Source: Tubulanus polymorphus
Lineage: Eukaryota; Animalia; Nemertea
DNA length: 64,000 nt
Direction of reading: 5' to 3'
Assembly (NCBI RefSeq): GCF_964204645.1
Contig: NC_134025.1
Span: 3,038,001-3,102,000, forward strand
The notes beneath the pieces were generated by a model. The model ran no database searches and was not told where the DNA came from. It saw only the letters and a list, made by a program, of their open reading frames with translations. Made by a program: the position numbers and the translations under genes. Every line of letters starts with the position of its first letter. The first letter of the stretch is position 1. This document shows positions 1 through 16,900 of the stretch, piece by piece.

Positions 1-915
1 GTGTCCTTGGGTTTCCCTTGACAATGATTTAAAATCACTTTAACAAAAACAGGTTCATTCAATGTGTTTTTTATAACGAGCACAATGATTTACTGATCGA
101 CGATTTTGTTGTAGATTGTTTACTTTCTGTCCCGATACAAAAAACACGTTGTAGTAAATTAAGTGGAATGACTTACCGATGTAAAAAAAACCTAGTACTG
201 TAACCCCAAAAAGGTAATAGCATAAAGCTAACGTTATGAATAGTACTTATTTGTGCCGGGTTAAGTTTTGTTTTAACGTTTTGTTTTCTGTTTTAAAACT
301 CGTATAAAAAGATGTACCATACCTTTGTTCATGTACCAACACAACCTCTGCGTCGATGGCAAGCAACTTTTGTCGAAAATTATTTCTAACTGTATTTTAT
401 AATAAATGTACCGAATATATTATATCTTAAACTACAAATTTCGTTGGGAATATCTTGACTTGATTCTCTACCGGTATCGGCAGTTGATGAAGCAGTTTAA
501 ATTTCATGTTTATTAACTTGATTTTCATCGAAAACTGACAAACGGTTGTGAAGCGCCACGTGTTGATACCCGTGACATTTGGATGATATGGGTAATCTGA
601 ATACCCACCCGGGCAGACCCGTCAATGTTTTTCGATTTCCCCGGAAAGCTATGTACCTTTTATAATAAGATATGCATTGATAAGAGATAATCCTTTCCAA
701 TTAATTTTCTGCTGATAAACTAATAAGCTTACAAGGGTGGGGTTTAGTATTACACATATATCGAGGATAGTCTATGGATTGGGAATTCATTGTAACCCGC
801 GACATCATGACAAGGAGCAATATCTCACATATACGCGCACAAAATGTGTGAACGGATATTCTAAGAGTTCGACATTTATTGTCGCGTTCGATTCCGGCGG
901 ACAGTTCTAGTGAGA

Positions 916-2061
916 ATGTCTGACAACAAAACGGAGATCTGCGACGAAGCGCGCAAAAAGTTGGCGCGTGTATCTGGAGGGATGCATTGGCCTTCGAGTT
1001 CGATGGATTTCACGACTAAAATGGTCGAGAAAAGTGTTTTATACGACTGCAAATTGATAGGTAACAATAATGGATTCATGACTATAGAAGCCACAACTAT
1101 TTGTTTACTTTGTGTTTTTGGTGCAATCGCAAACGCTCGTATAATCATTCCAATAGTTTTCACTTTTAATCCTCAACGACATCTTATCGTTCTCATCACC
1201 AATTTGTCGTTCGCTAATTTCGTCATCAGCACCATTTATGTTCCGGTTCATTCGTACCACGTGATTTTGCATTCTACCGTGTCTCCGTCGTGGTTTTGCA
1301 CTGGGATGAAAGCAGTAATGCGTTTACTGGGAAGCGTTGCCTTGGCGACAACGTTGGCTATAGCGCTCAAACTGCACTGTTATCTGAGCGTTAGTGATAA
1401 GCAAGCTATTGAAAAACCGGACATATCGGCGTCAGTGGTTCGTCTAACTTGCATTTGGGGAATTTCTTTGATTGTGTTCGTTTTGCCGAATGTAGTCAAA
1501 GTCGCTAATTTGGACTTTTTTCCAACCGACGATGTGTGCGCAGTACACGAACAATTTTCGCTCTCATATTCCTGTTTGTATTCGGACTGCGGTTATAAAT
1601 CATTCGCTCTCACTGTCCACTGCGCCCAAATACTGGTCACTTGTTTCTGTCTGATCAAAGTGCACCACCGAATCGTCCGCGGTAGACGAGCGAGACTCTG
1701 CACGAAAGGTGCCCAAAAACATTACAAAATGGCAACTATCACAACAAGATCGTTGCTAACAATCTACGTACTAACATGGGTTCCGCTTTATTTGAGAAAC
1801 ATTATGTCAGTATTCATGAACGTTTCACATACTTTAACGCATCTGGTGATGCTGGCGTATTTCGTCGGAACATTCAGCACATCGGTCGTGTTTCTGTACG
1901 GTGTGCGCTCATTGCGATATCAAATTGGAAAGTTTTGTCCCTGTTGCGAGCGGAAAGCGGCTCAGTTGACTAAAGAATCTACGGATGATGTCGTATCGTC
2001 GGATTGCGGTCGAATTGGGATCGATCAAGTATCGATACAATCTGAAGTTGTTCAGCTATAA
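916..2061 (+). CDS. Intronless rhodopsin-like (class A) 7TM GPCR, orphan and motif-divergent
   Basis: Single ORF; first ATG at 916 (the track start at 910 is GTG). Seven hydrophobic segments with class A anchors: GAIAN (N1.50), NLSFAN (TM2), WFC (C3.25), CIW (W4.50), ECL2 Cys (DDVC), TWVP (W6.48/P6.50), a helix-8-like segment then CPCC. DRY and NPxxY are absent. Confidence 0.85.
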   Translation: MSDNKTEICDEARKKLARVSGGMHWPSSSMDFTTKMVEKSVLYDCKLIGNNNGFMTIEATTICLLCVFGAIANARIIIPIVFTFNPQRHLIVLITNLSFANFVISTIYVPVHSYHVILHSTVSPSWFCTGMKAVMRLLGSVALATTLAIALKLHCYLSVSDKQAIEKPDISASVVRLTCIWGISLIVFVLPNVVKVANLDFFPTDDVCAVHEQFSLSYSCLYSDCGYKSFALTVHCAQILVTCFCLIKVHHRIVRGRRARLCTKGAQKHYKMATITTRSLLTIYVLTWVPLYLRNIMSVFMNVSHTLTHLVMLAYFVGTFSTSVVFLYGVRSLRYQIGKFCPCCERKAAQLTKESTDDVVSSDCGRIGIDQVSIQSEVVQL

Positions 2062-2701
2062 CATGGACTCTCAGATGAATGCTGAAAGCTGGTCGATGCA
2101 TGAGAAAAACGTTTATAAATTCCCATTAACAACAGAACTCCGTCGGAACATCGCTCTGTGTCTACTCAAATCATACTTCACGTAGCTTTTTACTAATCTT
2201 ACCATTATATGTTCATGAAAATATATGCTGTATATATTCAAAATGCTTAATCAAAAGGGTGGTTTGAAAAAGATCATTTGAATTCAGGTTCCATCAGTAA
2301 TTCAACACCGAGTGGGAGTAAAGTTTGATATCGCTATTCGTGGTCGAATTTGTGGTTTGTTACATCGTGATGCGCCATCGATACTAAAATAAGGAGGGTT
2401 TACTGCAGGATTACAAAAAGCGCCAGCAACGATCACTCTGAAGGTTAGAAAAGACTCGACTCTCGAGAAATTGTCAGAAAGATTCCACGATTCGGCGAAG
2501 AACGTGCGACTGTCGAAAATGAAGACAATGTCTGATTTGATGGTAATGGCAATCAAGTTTTATCGCATTTATTCTCCAGATACAAATCAAGGCAAAACAC
2601 ATCATAGAAATCATGACGAAACAAATAGAAATGCATGAAGACAATAAGTGATTGAGAGCGCTTTAAAATAATAACACATGGAAAACAATATACAAGAACC
2701 T

Positions 2702-2953
2702 AGGACCAGTTACATAGTCATGACTTAACTCCAAAAAGTGGTCTTAAATCTTAAGATTAGTCTAGATTCGTTAGATTTTCTATAGAACTACAGGTGGTCT
2801 GTAGACTGGTCTTAAGTCTAAGCCATGACTATTGAGCCGGCCCGCGGACCCAGTTTCACAAAACTACACTTAATGGTAATCAGGATGTTGAAGATGTTGA
2901 GAACGACAAAGTCATCAGTGAAAGTATAAGTTGATTCAGTGAAACCCGGGTCC
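2702..2953. mobile_element. Two abutting short palindromic MITEs (GG[A/C]CCAGTT-type TIRs, Harbinger-like)
   Basis: GGACCAGTTACATAGTCATGACTTA...TAAGCCATGACTATTGAGCCGGCC (~2703-2842) and GGACCCAGTTTCAC...GTGAAACCCGGGTCC (~2846-2953). The same TIR type recurs at ~19377, ~42121 and 47802. Confidence 0.6.
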
Positions 2954-4627
2954 AGGAAATGAATGTACAACATTCAGCTGTCAGTTCCAAAGTTGTTGAT
3001 TAAATTTGACTCTAAAATCAGATCTTAACTCACAAATATGGAACAGCATTAGCGTCACTGCGCAACAGAGGTATTGTACGTGGTGTCTATTATTGTCAGT
3101 ACACTATAGAGATCTAGTACATCACCTTATAGTATGTTTGTCAAACAGTGCTGGAGACCTGCCACATAACGAACGCGAGGGGATTTACCAACTTCATATA
3201 AAGCCAACAAATATGACATAGTCAAGTCGAAAAAGGAGATGGCTGCAAGATCTCAATAGTGTTAATAATTTTGGTAATGGTACCTTTATCAGTGTTCCTC
3301 AAAAACCAAACTAACTGAGCTGCGCCCTAAAAAACAATAAGGTGAGCTAATAAAATACAGATGCGTTGAGGCTGGATAAAAATAAATCTGGTCTTGCGGT
3401 CGATAAAACTAAACTTTCTTCACATAATGCTTTCAATATATAACACACTAACATTCGAGTTTTATAATTTAAGCCACAATTTTTCACAAAGCGACATCAA
3501 GCAAAGATACACTATCACATCAAGGGAATCGAATATTACCGACTGATTGACATCAATAACATTCCATTCCCTCGATGCGATATATTCCCAGTAAAAGCAG
3601 GTTTTCACAAAAATATACACGATTTTTGTATATACAATTTATCACTATTTACAATGACGTCATTTTCAGATCATTGATATCAAAACATTTCAATCCAGTA
3701 AAACATAAACGAACACAAATCAGAGACGAGTTACATTTACTAGTTTTCAATTTGCTTATCACTTTTAAGAGTAGCGAGTTTTTATTAGTTGATGCCAGTC
3801 GTAGATTAGACTGATTGGAATGTCCTTATATCACGATCGTGACAACCTTCAATACCTTGCATATATCTATACAGATTACTGCCTGTATATGGAAATGTAT
3901 TCGGTTTAGGGTCTTGTCTTCTCATAAACATTTCTATTTTACATGTTAAGTAAAAGTAATTGTAACGACGTGATGGAAAATGTTACAACATTTAAAGCCA
4001 TTCCTTATTATTCCTATGATGGAGCTCCATGAACAATGTTTTATATGAACATCTTTTAAGGTTTTATTACAAACACAGTATGGTTTATTTATACACATCC
4101 TATAACCGCTCATTCCTCACAAGTGTTGTGCCGGGATTCAGGAAAACAGTTTGCGAACGCAAAGAGAATCAATTCAATTACTGAAATAATTTTCAGAACA
4201 GATCGAAGTAATGCTAACATGTACATTATAACGACAATGTTAAAAGTATGATTATCATTAACAGGACTCAACCAGCAGACATAGTTTCAATTCAATAGAA
4301 ACTCCCTTCAATATCCTCTACTCAATATATACACTTTCAAACTTACTTTACAACCAGAAATACAAGTCGCTCCACTCCAAAATTGTACATTACAATATCA
4401 GATCTGATCCTTAATTTTTCACATTATCAATTGAATGTTTATATACAGAAACACTAACGTGTTTGAACAATCGATTATTTACAATTTTCGTTTTTAAATA
4501 TGCGTCTATATTTACAAAACACCTCACTGCAACAATCTAGTGAACATAAAATACTAGGCCCAGTCACTCGACGTCAAGTAAAATATTGGAAAAAATACCA
4601 TCCTCATCCATCTAAATTGTCACACTA

Positions 4628-4921
4628 GCCATGTTCGCACTATCACTTATTAGTCTGTTCAAATTTGGCCCATACCTGGAACGGACCAATCAATGATGTG
4701 CATTCTCATGTTTTCGAATCTGAGAGCAGGTATCACTGGTCTAGCTAGACGCAATACTCATCATTGACGGGCCATTCAAGCAAAGTTTCCATGAGAAATG
4801 GTCAATTCTAAAATGGAATGGACCAATTTAGAACTAACTTTTCGCTAGTGTGAACGTTTAGTCCATTCTAAATTGAACGGAATAAACTAAGGACGTTCAA
4901 AATAATGAAGTGGAACGTGGC
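4628..4921 (-). mobile_element. ~290-bp MITE (GCC[A/G]CGTTCACACT-type TIRs) inside the probable Scm 3' UTR
   Basis: Termini GCCATGTTCGCAC / GTGGAACGTGGC. Its reverse complement aligns by eye with copies at ~33343-33580 and ~34323-34595 (shared TTATTTAGAACG...TCCGTTC..ATT.AGAATG). Confidence 0.55.
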
Positions 4922-5334
4922 TACTGAGTAAGTTAGAGGCCACAGGTTAACCTTGACATTCAAGCAACTAACCCCTGCTTAATAAGAGACATATATACCA
5001 GATATATTCAAGAAGGTTTTTTGATCTTAATGTTTACAACAAATCACGATTTAAAGCCATGATATGTTCAGGAAATAGTAAATCAAGCATTGATAATGAT
5101 TTTATGGTATATTGCATTCATGCAAGTAGTAGATCTATAGAATTTTAAAAAGAATGTTAAACAAAATCCAGGTATCAATGATTCGAACTCAATCAATCAA
5201 CGAGTCAGCCGAGCTTTCTACTTCGTGTTGAATTGATGCATAAATATCCTATCGGCTAAGATGTAACAGTTAGTTATAATCATGCGTGTGATTAACATAG
5301 TTCTAAAAGAATTTTTCCTCTCCGAGGGTAACAT

Positions 5335-11124
<5,790 letters not shown>

Positions 11125-11635
11125 AATGAGAATGAAGATTAAGATGTGTCAATATCCGCGTTAAACATAGCTTTACCTGAAAACGACAACAATGAAATGA
11201 GTAAGATTTATTATGAATCATGATATTATTGAATCATCAGACACTGATAAGTCAGTGTCAGGCATCAGTAGTATAGTAAAAGCCGAGGGGCAGGCTACGA
11301 ATTTCTTTCTTCAATCAAAGGTTTCAATAGCACTAACTAACCGTTTAAATAGATTGCCATTGTGCTTTTGTCTTTTTAAATAACGGAAATAAATAACACA
11401 ATGAAAAAGAACAAAGATCTCTAAAGCTAACAATAATCTGAAACTAACTGACAAACGAATGATAAAATGCAAACAAACAAAACAGACAGAGAGCGGCAAC
11501 CGTCCGAGGATATAAAAAAACAAAGCCAAATATCAATTAAACTCTGCCTTCAAAATATACATATTACACATCAGTGACTGGAAAATAATCAATTAGGTGT
11601 ATGGTATTAAAAAATGAGTGGAAATGATGACTAAC

Positions 11636-11720
11636 CGGCGTCAATTACGACGAATTCATAGATTTTGACAGCCTTTAAAATTCTATGCGCTCTAAGCCGC
11701 CATGTTTACGCTTGTGCGGT
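11636..11720 (-). promoter_or_regulatory. Probable Scm non-coding first exon / TSS region with YY1(Pho)-type motif
   Basis: Minus strand AACATGGCGGC (11706-11696), followed by donor CCG|GTTAGT at 11635. The next acceptor TTTTCAG| leads into exon 11176-11082, which carries the start codon. Confidence 0.5.
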
Positions 11721-12106
11721 TATCACTATAATCCGGACAGCGTCGACCGCCCTAAATATCGACTAAAACTGACGGAAACTGACGCCCGAATTGAATGTAT
11801 CTAAACTCGGCGATTAAATGTTTTCTCTTGGAGGGTCTACCGGCCAATCATAAAAGTAGAAATCCCAATCCAACCTTACGCTATCGGATGCATTCTCTTT
11901 ATTCAGGGTTCCTACGGATGTTTTATCTCAATTACCTGCCCAATTGTCTGTGGACAAAAATGTTCATCAAAATGTAGTTCCAACACTTAATGATATTTTC
12001 GTAAAAAGCAGGCACAAATCAGGTCCTTAACAAAATTTTTCAAGTAGCACCAACTATCTTACAACGAACCATGTAGTCAGCCCTTAAATAGTATAATAAT
12101 ATGTGT

Positions 12107-12151
12107 CTTATATAGCGCTAAATCCAGCCAGGCTGCTCAGAGCGCTTTACA
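12107..12151 (-). mobile_element. L2-type SINE/LINE 3' tail remnant
   Basis: Minus strand reads TGTAAAGCGCTCTGAGC...GCGCTATATAA, the stem-loop tail typical of L2 LINEs and their partner SINEs. Confidence 0.5.
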
Positions 12152-12664
12152 TTTTTCAATATTTTTACCCCGGCCAATTTTATACTCTAACATGTATCAG
12201 TCATCTCTCTTTAGATTTTCAAGATCTAAAGGGTCCGCTACCAGTCCATTCATCAGTATACTTAGGCATTCAGTGATCCTGTCAGACCCTCTACCAGTAA
12301 ATGTCCTTTAAGGTCAGACCCTCAGTCACTCTACCAGTGAATTACCTTCATAGACCGACCCTACCAGTAAATGACAAAACATTTTATTTAAGTAGTTTAT
12401 TTTGCATTCATAACAAATGGACGTTTATAAGTTTTTACATCTCATTTTTATCTATAAATTTCTATATCGAAACTAGATAAATTGAATCTCATCATTGTAC
12501 AACAAGTAGTATTTAAGTTTTAAGGCCAAATAATATCTTACAATAGATCATTAATTCACACAGCCAAATTCAAAAGGTAGAAGTTCAATATCGTGCAATG
12601 TTCAGCTGCGTAGTCATTAAGAATCCGTGAAATGGTTGAATTTAAGATTTCTCATAACACCATC

Positions 12665-13699
12665 CTAAGGTTTGAACACCGGCTTAGAGTTTGTCCCTGA
12701 TGCGCTCGTTCTACCAGACATCTGAGAAACTGAACCAACTCGACTCGACGCTGTTGATTTTCTTCCACTGTGGCTAGCAATAAGTACATCATCGTGTTTA
12801 GTACGCAGCAATGTCATATCATCTTCACTGAATTTAGTTTTCGTAGCAGAATTGGCTATCTGTCCTTTCTTTAATGGTGATATAGAAGAAGGAACTGTTC
12901 CAGTCATCAGTCCTTCTGGAAATGTCTTATACGCTACTTTCAAACCTCCCGATAACAGGAATAGATTGTCATAACCTCTCTGTACTAGCGTTGTAGCGCA
13001 TTTATGGGCGATTCTTTCATCTTCGTCATAAAGAATGATAATCTTTCCTCGTTGGTTCTTGAAACTAAGCATTTCTTTCGTTTCATAATTTACAGATCTG
13101 GACAACATGGCCGATGGATAACTCAACGCACGGATCAGGTGACACCGCGAAAATTCATCTTCCTCGCGAACGTCCAGTAAGAGGTAAGGACACGTATCGA
13201 TAGATTGAATAACTTTCGGTGATGAACCTGATTGTTGCTCAATATCTATCTCGCCAACACCTTGTATAACACTTGAAAGCGTTGACCGCGCGGTATCCAT
13301 CGCGATACCATCACCTTCTTCAGCAACTGTTGATGATGAATTTGGGCTATCTTGATGAATCATCTGTAATTCATCATCTGCTACAGCAGTGTCAGGTCTA
13401 CTTGGTGCTTCACCACTCTCATGAGTTTTAACCATAGATGGTGGAATATTTTCAGTATCATCTTCATCTTGTGCTGTGATATCTGCTACTTGAATAAGCA
13501 ATTGGACGAATGTAGTTATCTTCATTCTTTTGAAAATTTCATCCGGCCGATATCGATAATTTAGTTGTTTTTCTTCGATATCTCTCATAAACTTAGATAC
13601 ACTCGCACCTGTATCAACCACCGGTTTGACATCTTTATATTTAGGATTCACTGGTATTTTCTTTTCCAGTGGATTACCTTTTTTCTTCATCGAAGACAT
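12665..13699 (-). CDS. CEP41: Centrosomal protein 41 (rhodanese-like domain), intronless CDS
   Basis: 344-aa ORF. N-terminus ..KKIPVNPKYKDVKPVVDTGAS..YRYRPDEIFKRMKITTFVQL. Rhodanese-like PYLLLDVR..CHLIRALSYPSAMLSR..GKIIILYDEDERIA..LVQRGYDNLFLLSGGLK. AATAAA on the minus strand at ~12384-12401. Confidence 0.93.
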   Translation of the reverse strand: MSSMKKKGNPLEKKIPVNPKYKDVKPVVDTGASVSKFMRDIEEKQLNYRYRPDEIFKRMKITTFVQLLIQVADITAQDEDDTENIPPSMVKTHESGEAPSRPDTAVADDELQMIHQDSPNSSSTVAEEGDGIAMDTARSTLSSVIQGVGEIDIEQQSGSSPKVIQSIDTCPYLLLDVREEDEFSRCHLIRALSYPSAMLSRSVNYETKEMLSFKNQRGKIIILYDEDERIAHKCATTLVQRGYDNLFLLSGGLKVAYKTFPEGLMTGTVPSSISPLKKGQIANSATKTKFSEDDMTLLRTKHDDVLIASHSGRKSTASSRVGSVSQMSGRTSASGTNSKPVFKP

Positions 13700-13997
13700 G
13701 TCCGTAGATATTTAGTCGAAATAATTGAGGCGCGCACAACGGACAGGGTACAAATATGTATAAACAGGGGCAGCACATGACGGTTAAGATTTTGCAACTG
13801 GTTTGAGCGTGTTGATTTACGTGGAAGGCATGCGATTGCAGAATATCTTTTATGAAAGAAATTCGCCTAAAGGATGTGATGTTTTATGTCAATGTTTAAT
13901 TTTGGGTTAATTTGATGAACTTGAGCGTGAAACTGTCCGTTTTTCCGTCATAAATCCTCTTCCGTGTTTTACTCGAACCTCTTACAAAATGGCTGCC
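13700..13997. promoter_or_regulatory. Compact bidirectional promoter shared by CEP41 and LRPPRC
   Basis: Divergent start codons 289 bp apart. ETS-like CTTCCG at ~13959. YY1-type CAAAATGGCTGCC overlaps the LRPPRC ATG (13985-13997). Confidence 0.65.
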
Positions 13998-16900
13998 TTT
14001 TTCCATGGCCGGCGAATCTTCAGCAATTTAATCCCGTTATTCGGTCGAATTACTTCAACCGAGGCATTATGCAGAACTACAGTGAGACAAATATCGAATT
14101 CGCATTTAGTAGAACGTTCTAGGTTTGTCAAAATCCGAAAAGATCGTCAATTATCAAATTTCACGTGTTAATGCCGGCTTTTTTCACTCGAGACGATAGG
14201 TGGCAGCACTACCTCAAATTAGATAACTTCTTAACTAATATCATGAAATATTCGTTTTTAGAGCTTTTGCTACAGTTGCTTCACAAGTTCAACAAAAGAA
14301 TGATCAGCAACCTGGAAGAAAGGAGAGAAGCTGGCAGCCGAGACGCCGGGATAGTAGTGGAATGTCGTCGCAGAATCGAGATAGTAGACGATTATCCGTT
14401 GAGAATGCGTTGAGTCTGATGGATAATGACGTGCGACGGTTCGGGTGTATTACTCATCTACAGCTTCAACAAGTTTATAAACTCATGCAGAAAGAAAGTA
14501 TGTTTATAAAACTATGATTTAGCCTATAGTTTATTGTAAAACTCTGTAAAACTTGATTTGTTACGATGGGCAAATTTCCCTTTTTCTGTGATTGAATGAT
14601 TAGATTTTGATGCTTTCTCTTTTCAGATCAAGTAAATTCACATCAATGTTTGTTGATGCTGCGGTGTTTAGGTAATATTTTAGCCGACCAGAATCCGTCG
14701 CAAAGATCAAAACTAGCAGACGAATTGTGGCAGAAATTTAAAGAGATGGGCGTCTCGTTTGACGTAATGCATTATAACGCGCTGTTACGTGTTCATCTTG
14801 AGAATGAGCACAAGTTCAATCCGACAAGTTTTTTAGCTGAGATGGAAGAAAATAACATTACGCCGAATCGAGTTACATATCAGAGATTGGTTGCTAGTTT
14901 TTGTCAGGATGGTGATATTCAAGGTGCCAGGTATGTTTTCTATGGTATTTGTGCAGGGAATTCTAACTCTGTTCTTGAAAGTCCAGAAAAAACCAGAATT
15001 TAATCGAGGAACTTTTGGTCAAGGGTCGAGGAAAATCGGGGAATTCTAGTCTTTGATGTTATGAATTTTTATTTCAGTCAAATTCTGGAACACATGAAAT
15101 CAAAAGGAATACCCATCAATGAACATGTGTTTAACTCATTGGTAACAGGTCATATGCGTTGCGAGTAAGTCCATTGACAAGTCTGTATACATGTATTATG
15201 AATAATGCTTATATTACCAAAATGGTTGTATGGCATATAACTATTTGATTTTACAGCAATGAAGAAAGTGCTTACAAAGTTCTCGATATAATGAGGTAAG
15301 AAGTTAAAGATTAGTTGAATTCTGAACGTAGTGGAATTATACAGTTTCTGTATATATGTATTCTGATAATTTTCAGAGAGTCAAGTATTTATCCATCAGC
15401 TGATACCTACACTGCATTAATGTGTGGTTATGGTGAACATGGTAAATTTGATAGCATTGAAATGGTAAGCATCGTTTTGCAATCTACACAAGTGTATAAT
15501 TATTTCAAAGCCATGTTTGAGCCAAATTTTCTGATTAGAAAAATATGGTTTGTACTTTTAGATTATCAAACAAGCTAAAGAGGAAGGAGTGACATTTTAT
15601 CCTAATCATTTCTTCGCGCTGTACACCGTTCTCTGCGATAGCGGCCATAAAGACTTCTGTGAAATGGTAATTTTACATCTTCTGTTCTACACGTTCTAAG
15701 CCATCTGAAATAACCGGTTTATAATAAATCGACAAAATATCGATTAATCTTTGATATATATTGTTCTACCTGTTATTAGGTATTGCAAATGGTGCCGATG
15801 ATGAGGGGGTACAACCAAGACGCAAGAATTTGCATTCTGCAGCTGGTCGCCAAAAACCATGTGGACGAAGCGTATAAAGTCTATCTGAGTATGCAAATGC
15901 CGGTTGAACAGACGGAAAATGAGGAGAATCGATTCCTCGGCCGATTCTTCTTGAAAGCATTGATTCAACATGAAGTGGTAGGAAATACTGATGTTTACTC
16001 GGTTGATCAATAAGAGATTACAGCGTTAACAGGGAGTCTGACAAATATAACCCACCATAGCAATTCTATTCGATAACTAATATAATTCTTGTTTCACTGA
16101 TTTCTGAATTTTGAATAAACCCTGAAGATGGGTAGAAGCATTCTACCTGAAATGTCAGTGAAAGAATAATAAGAGTTGTTGTTAAATTATGACAAATTCG
16201 GAAAATTTCATGACTTATTATGAAAAATATTGGGAACATTTTGTCTTTCTGACTGCAACTAAACCTTAGAGAATTATTTTCAAAACTCAAAACTTTTATT
16301 TTACAGGAACTTGAAAAAGTGATGGCATTCATGAAAGATATGAATGACCGTAAATTGAACAGTGATGATTTATCATCGGTCGCACAGTGGGCGTTACTCT
16401 ATGAGAAACCAGACTATTCTATAGATATATTCAGGAAAATGAAAGAACAGGTTAGACATACTTCTCATATTGTGCATTTCACTTCATAACGGGTTTACCC
16501 CTTCGTTACATCATCTAGTCATCATATGTGATAGCTCTTGAGTATAATTGGGGAAGTGTTGTTGACGCTGAAAGGGTTTGATTTGTGGTGATGAAATTAT
16601 GTCAGCAAATTACCAAATCCCAGGCTTCGACTTTGGGAATCTATTGATTGGAAATTCATCTTCAGTAGAGAAATTGAATGTGACTGATTCGTGAAAAATC
16701 TAAGGAAACTCCCACAATTGAAGACTGACAGCCACAACCTAGCAGCCATCATGAGTTGGATAGCTGTAAGGTTGTAGTCTCATTAAGCTTTGAATAGTCT
16801 TCCATTGTTGGATTTACAATTTTGTCTTCATCGATTTCTTCATTCACATGTACCGGTACTTACTGTACTTGTTTTGTAATGTATTTAGGGATTGCCTGTT

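Noticed and set aside
910-2061. GPCR as an opsin linked to the nearby PLC-beta (phototransduction cluster)
   Set aside because: No retinal-binding Lys in TM7, and the PLC N-terminus is beta1/Plc21C-like rather than NorpA/beta4-like.
2302-3814. Short ORFs from the track (e.g. 2302-2556, 3006-3221, 3575-3814)
   Set aside because: No recognisable domains or splice context. Most short track ORFs in this window are shadows of real exons or chance frames.
12236-12372. Spaced repeats (CAGACCCT / CTACCAGT) superficially like a CRISPR array
   Set aside because: Eukaryotic context, short degenerate units, non-unique spacers and no cas genes; a decayed minisatellite.
16451-16888. Intron-embedded RNase P/MRP, telomerase RNA or U17
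   Set aside because: No P4 pseudoknot motifs, no CTAACCCTAA template, and no AUAUUCCUA/AAACCAU elements.
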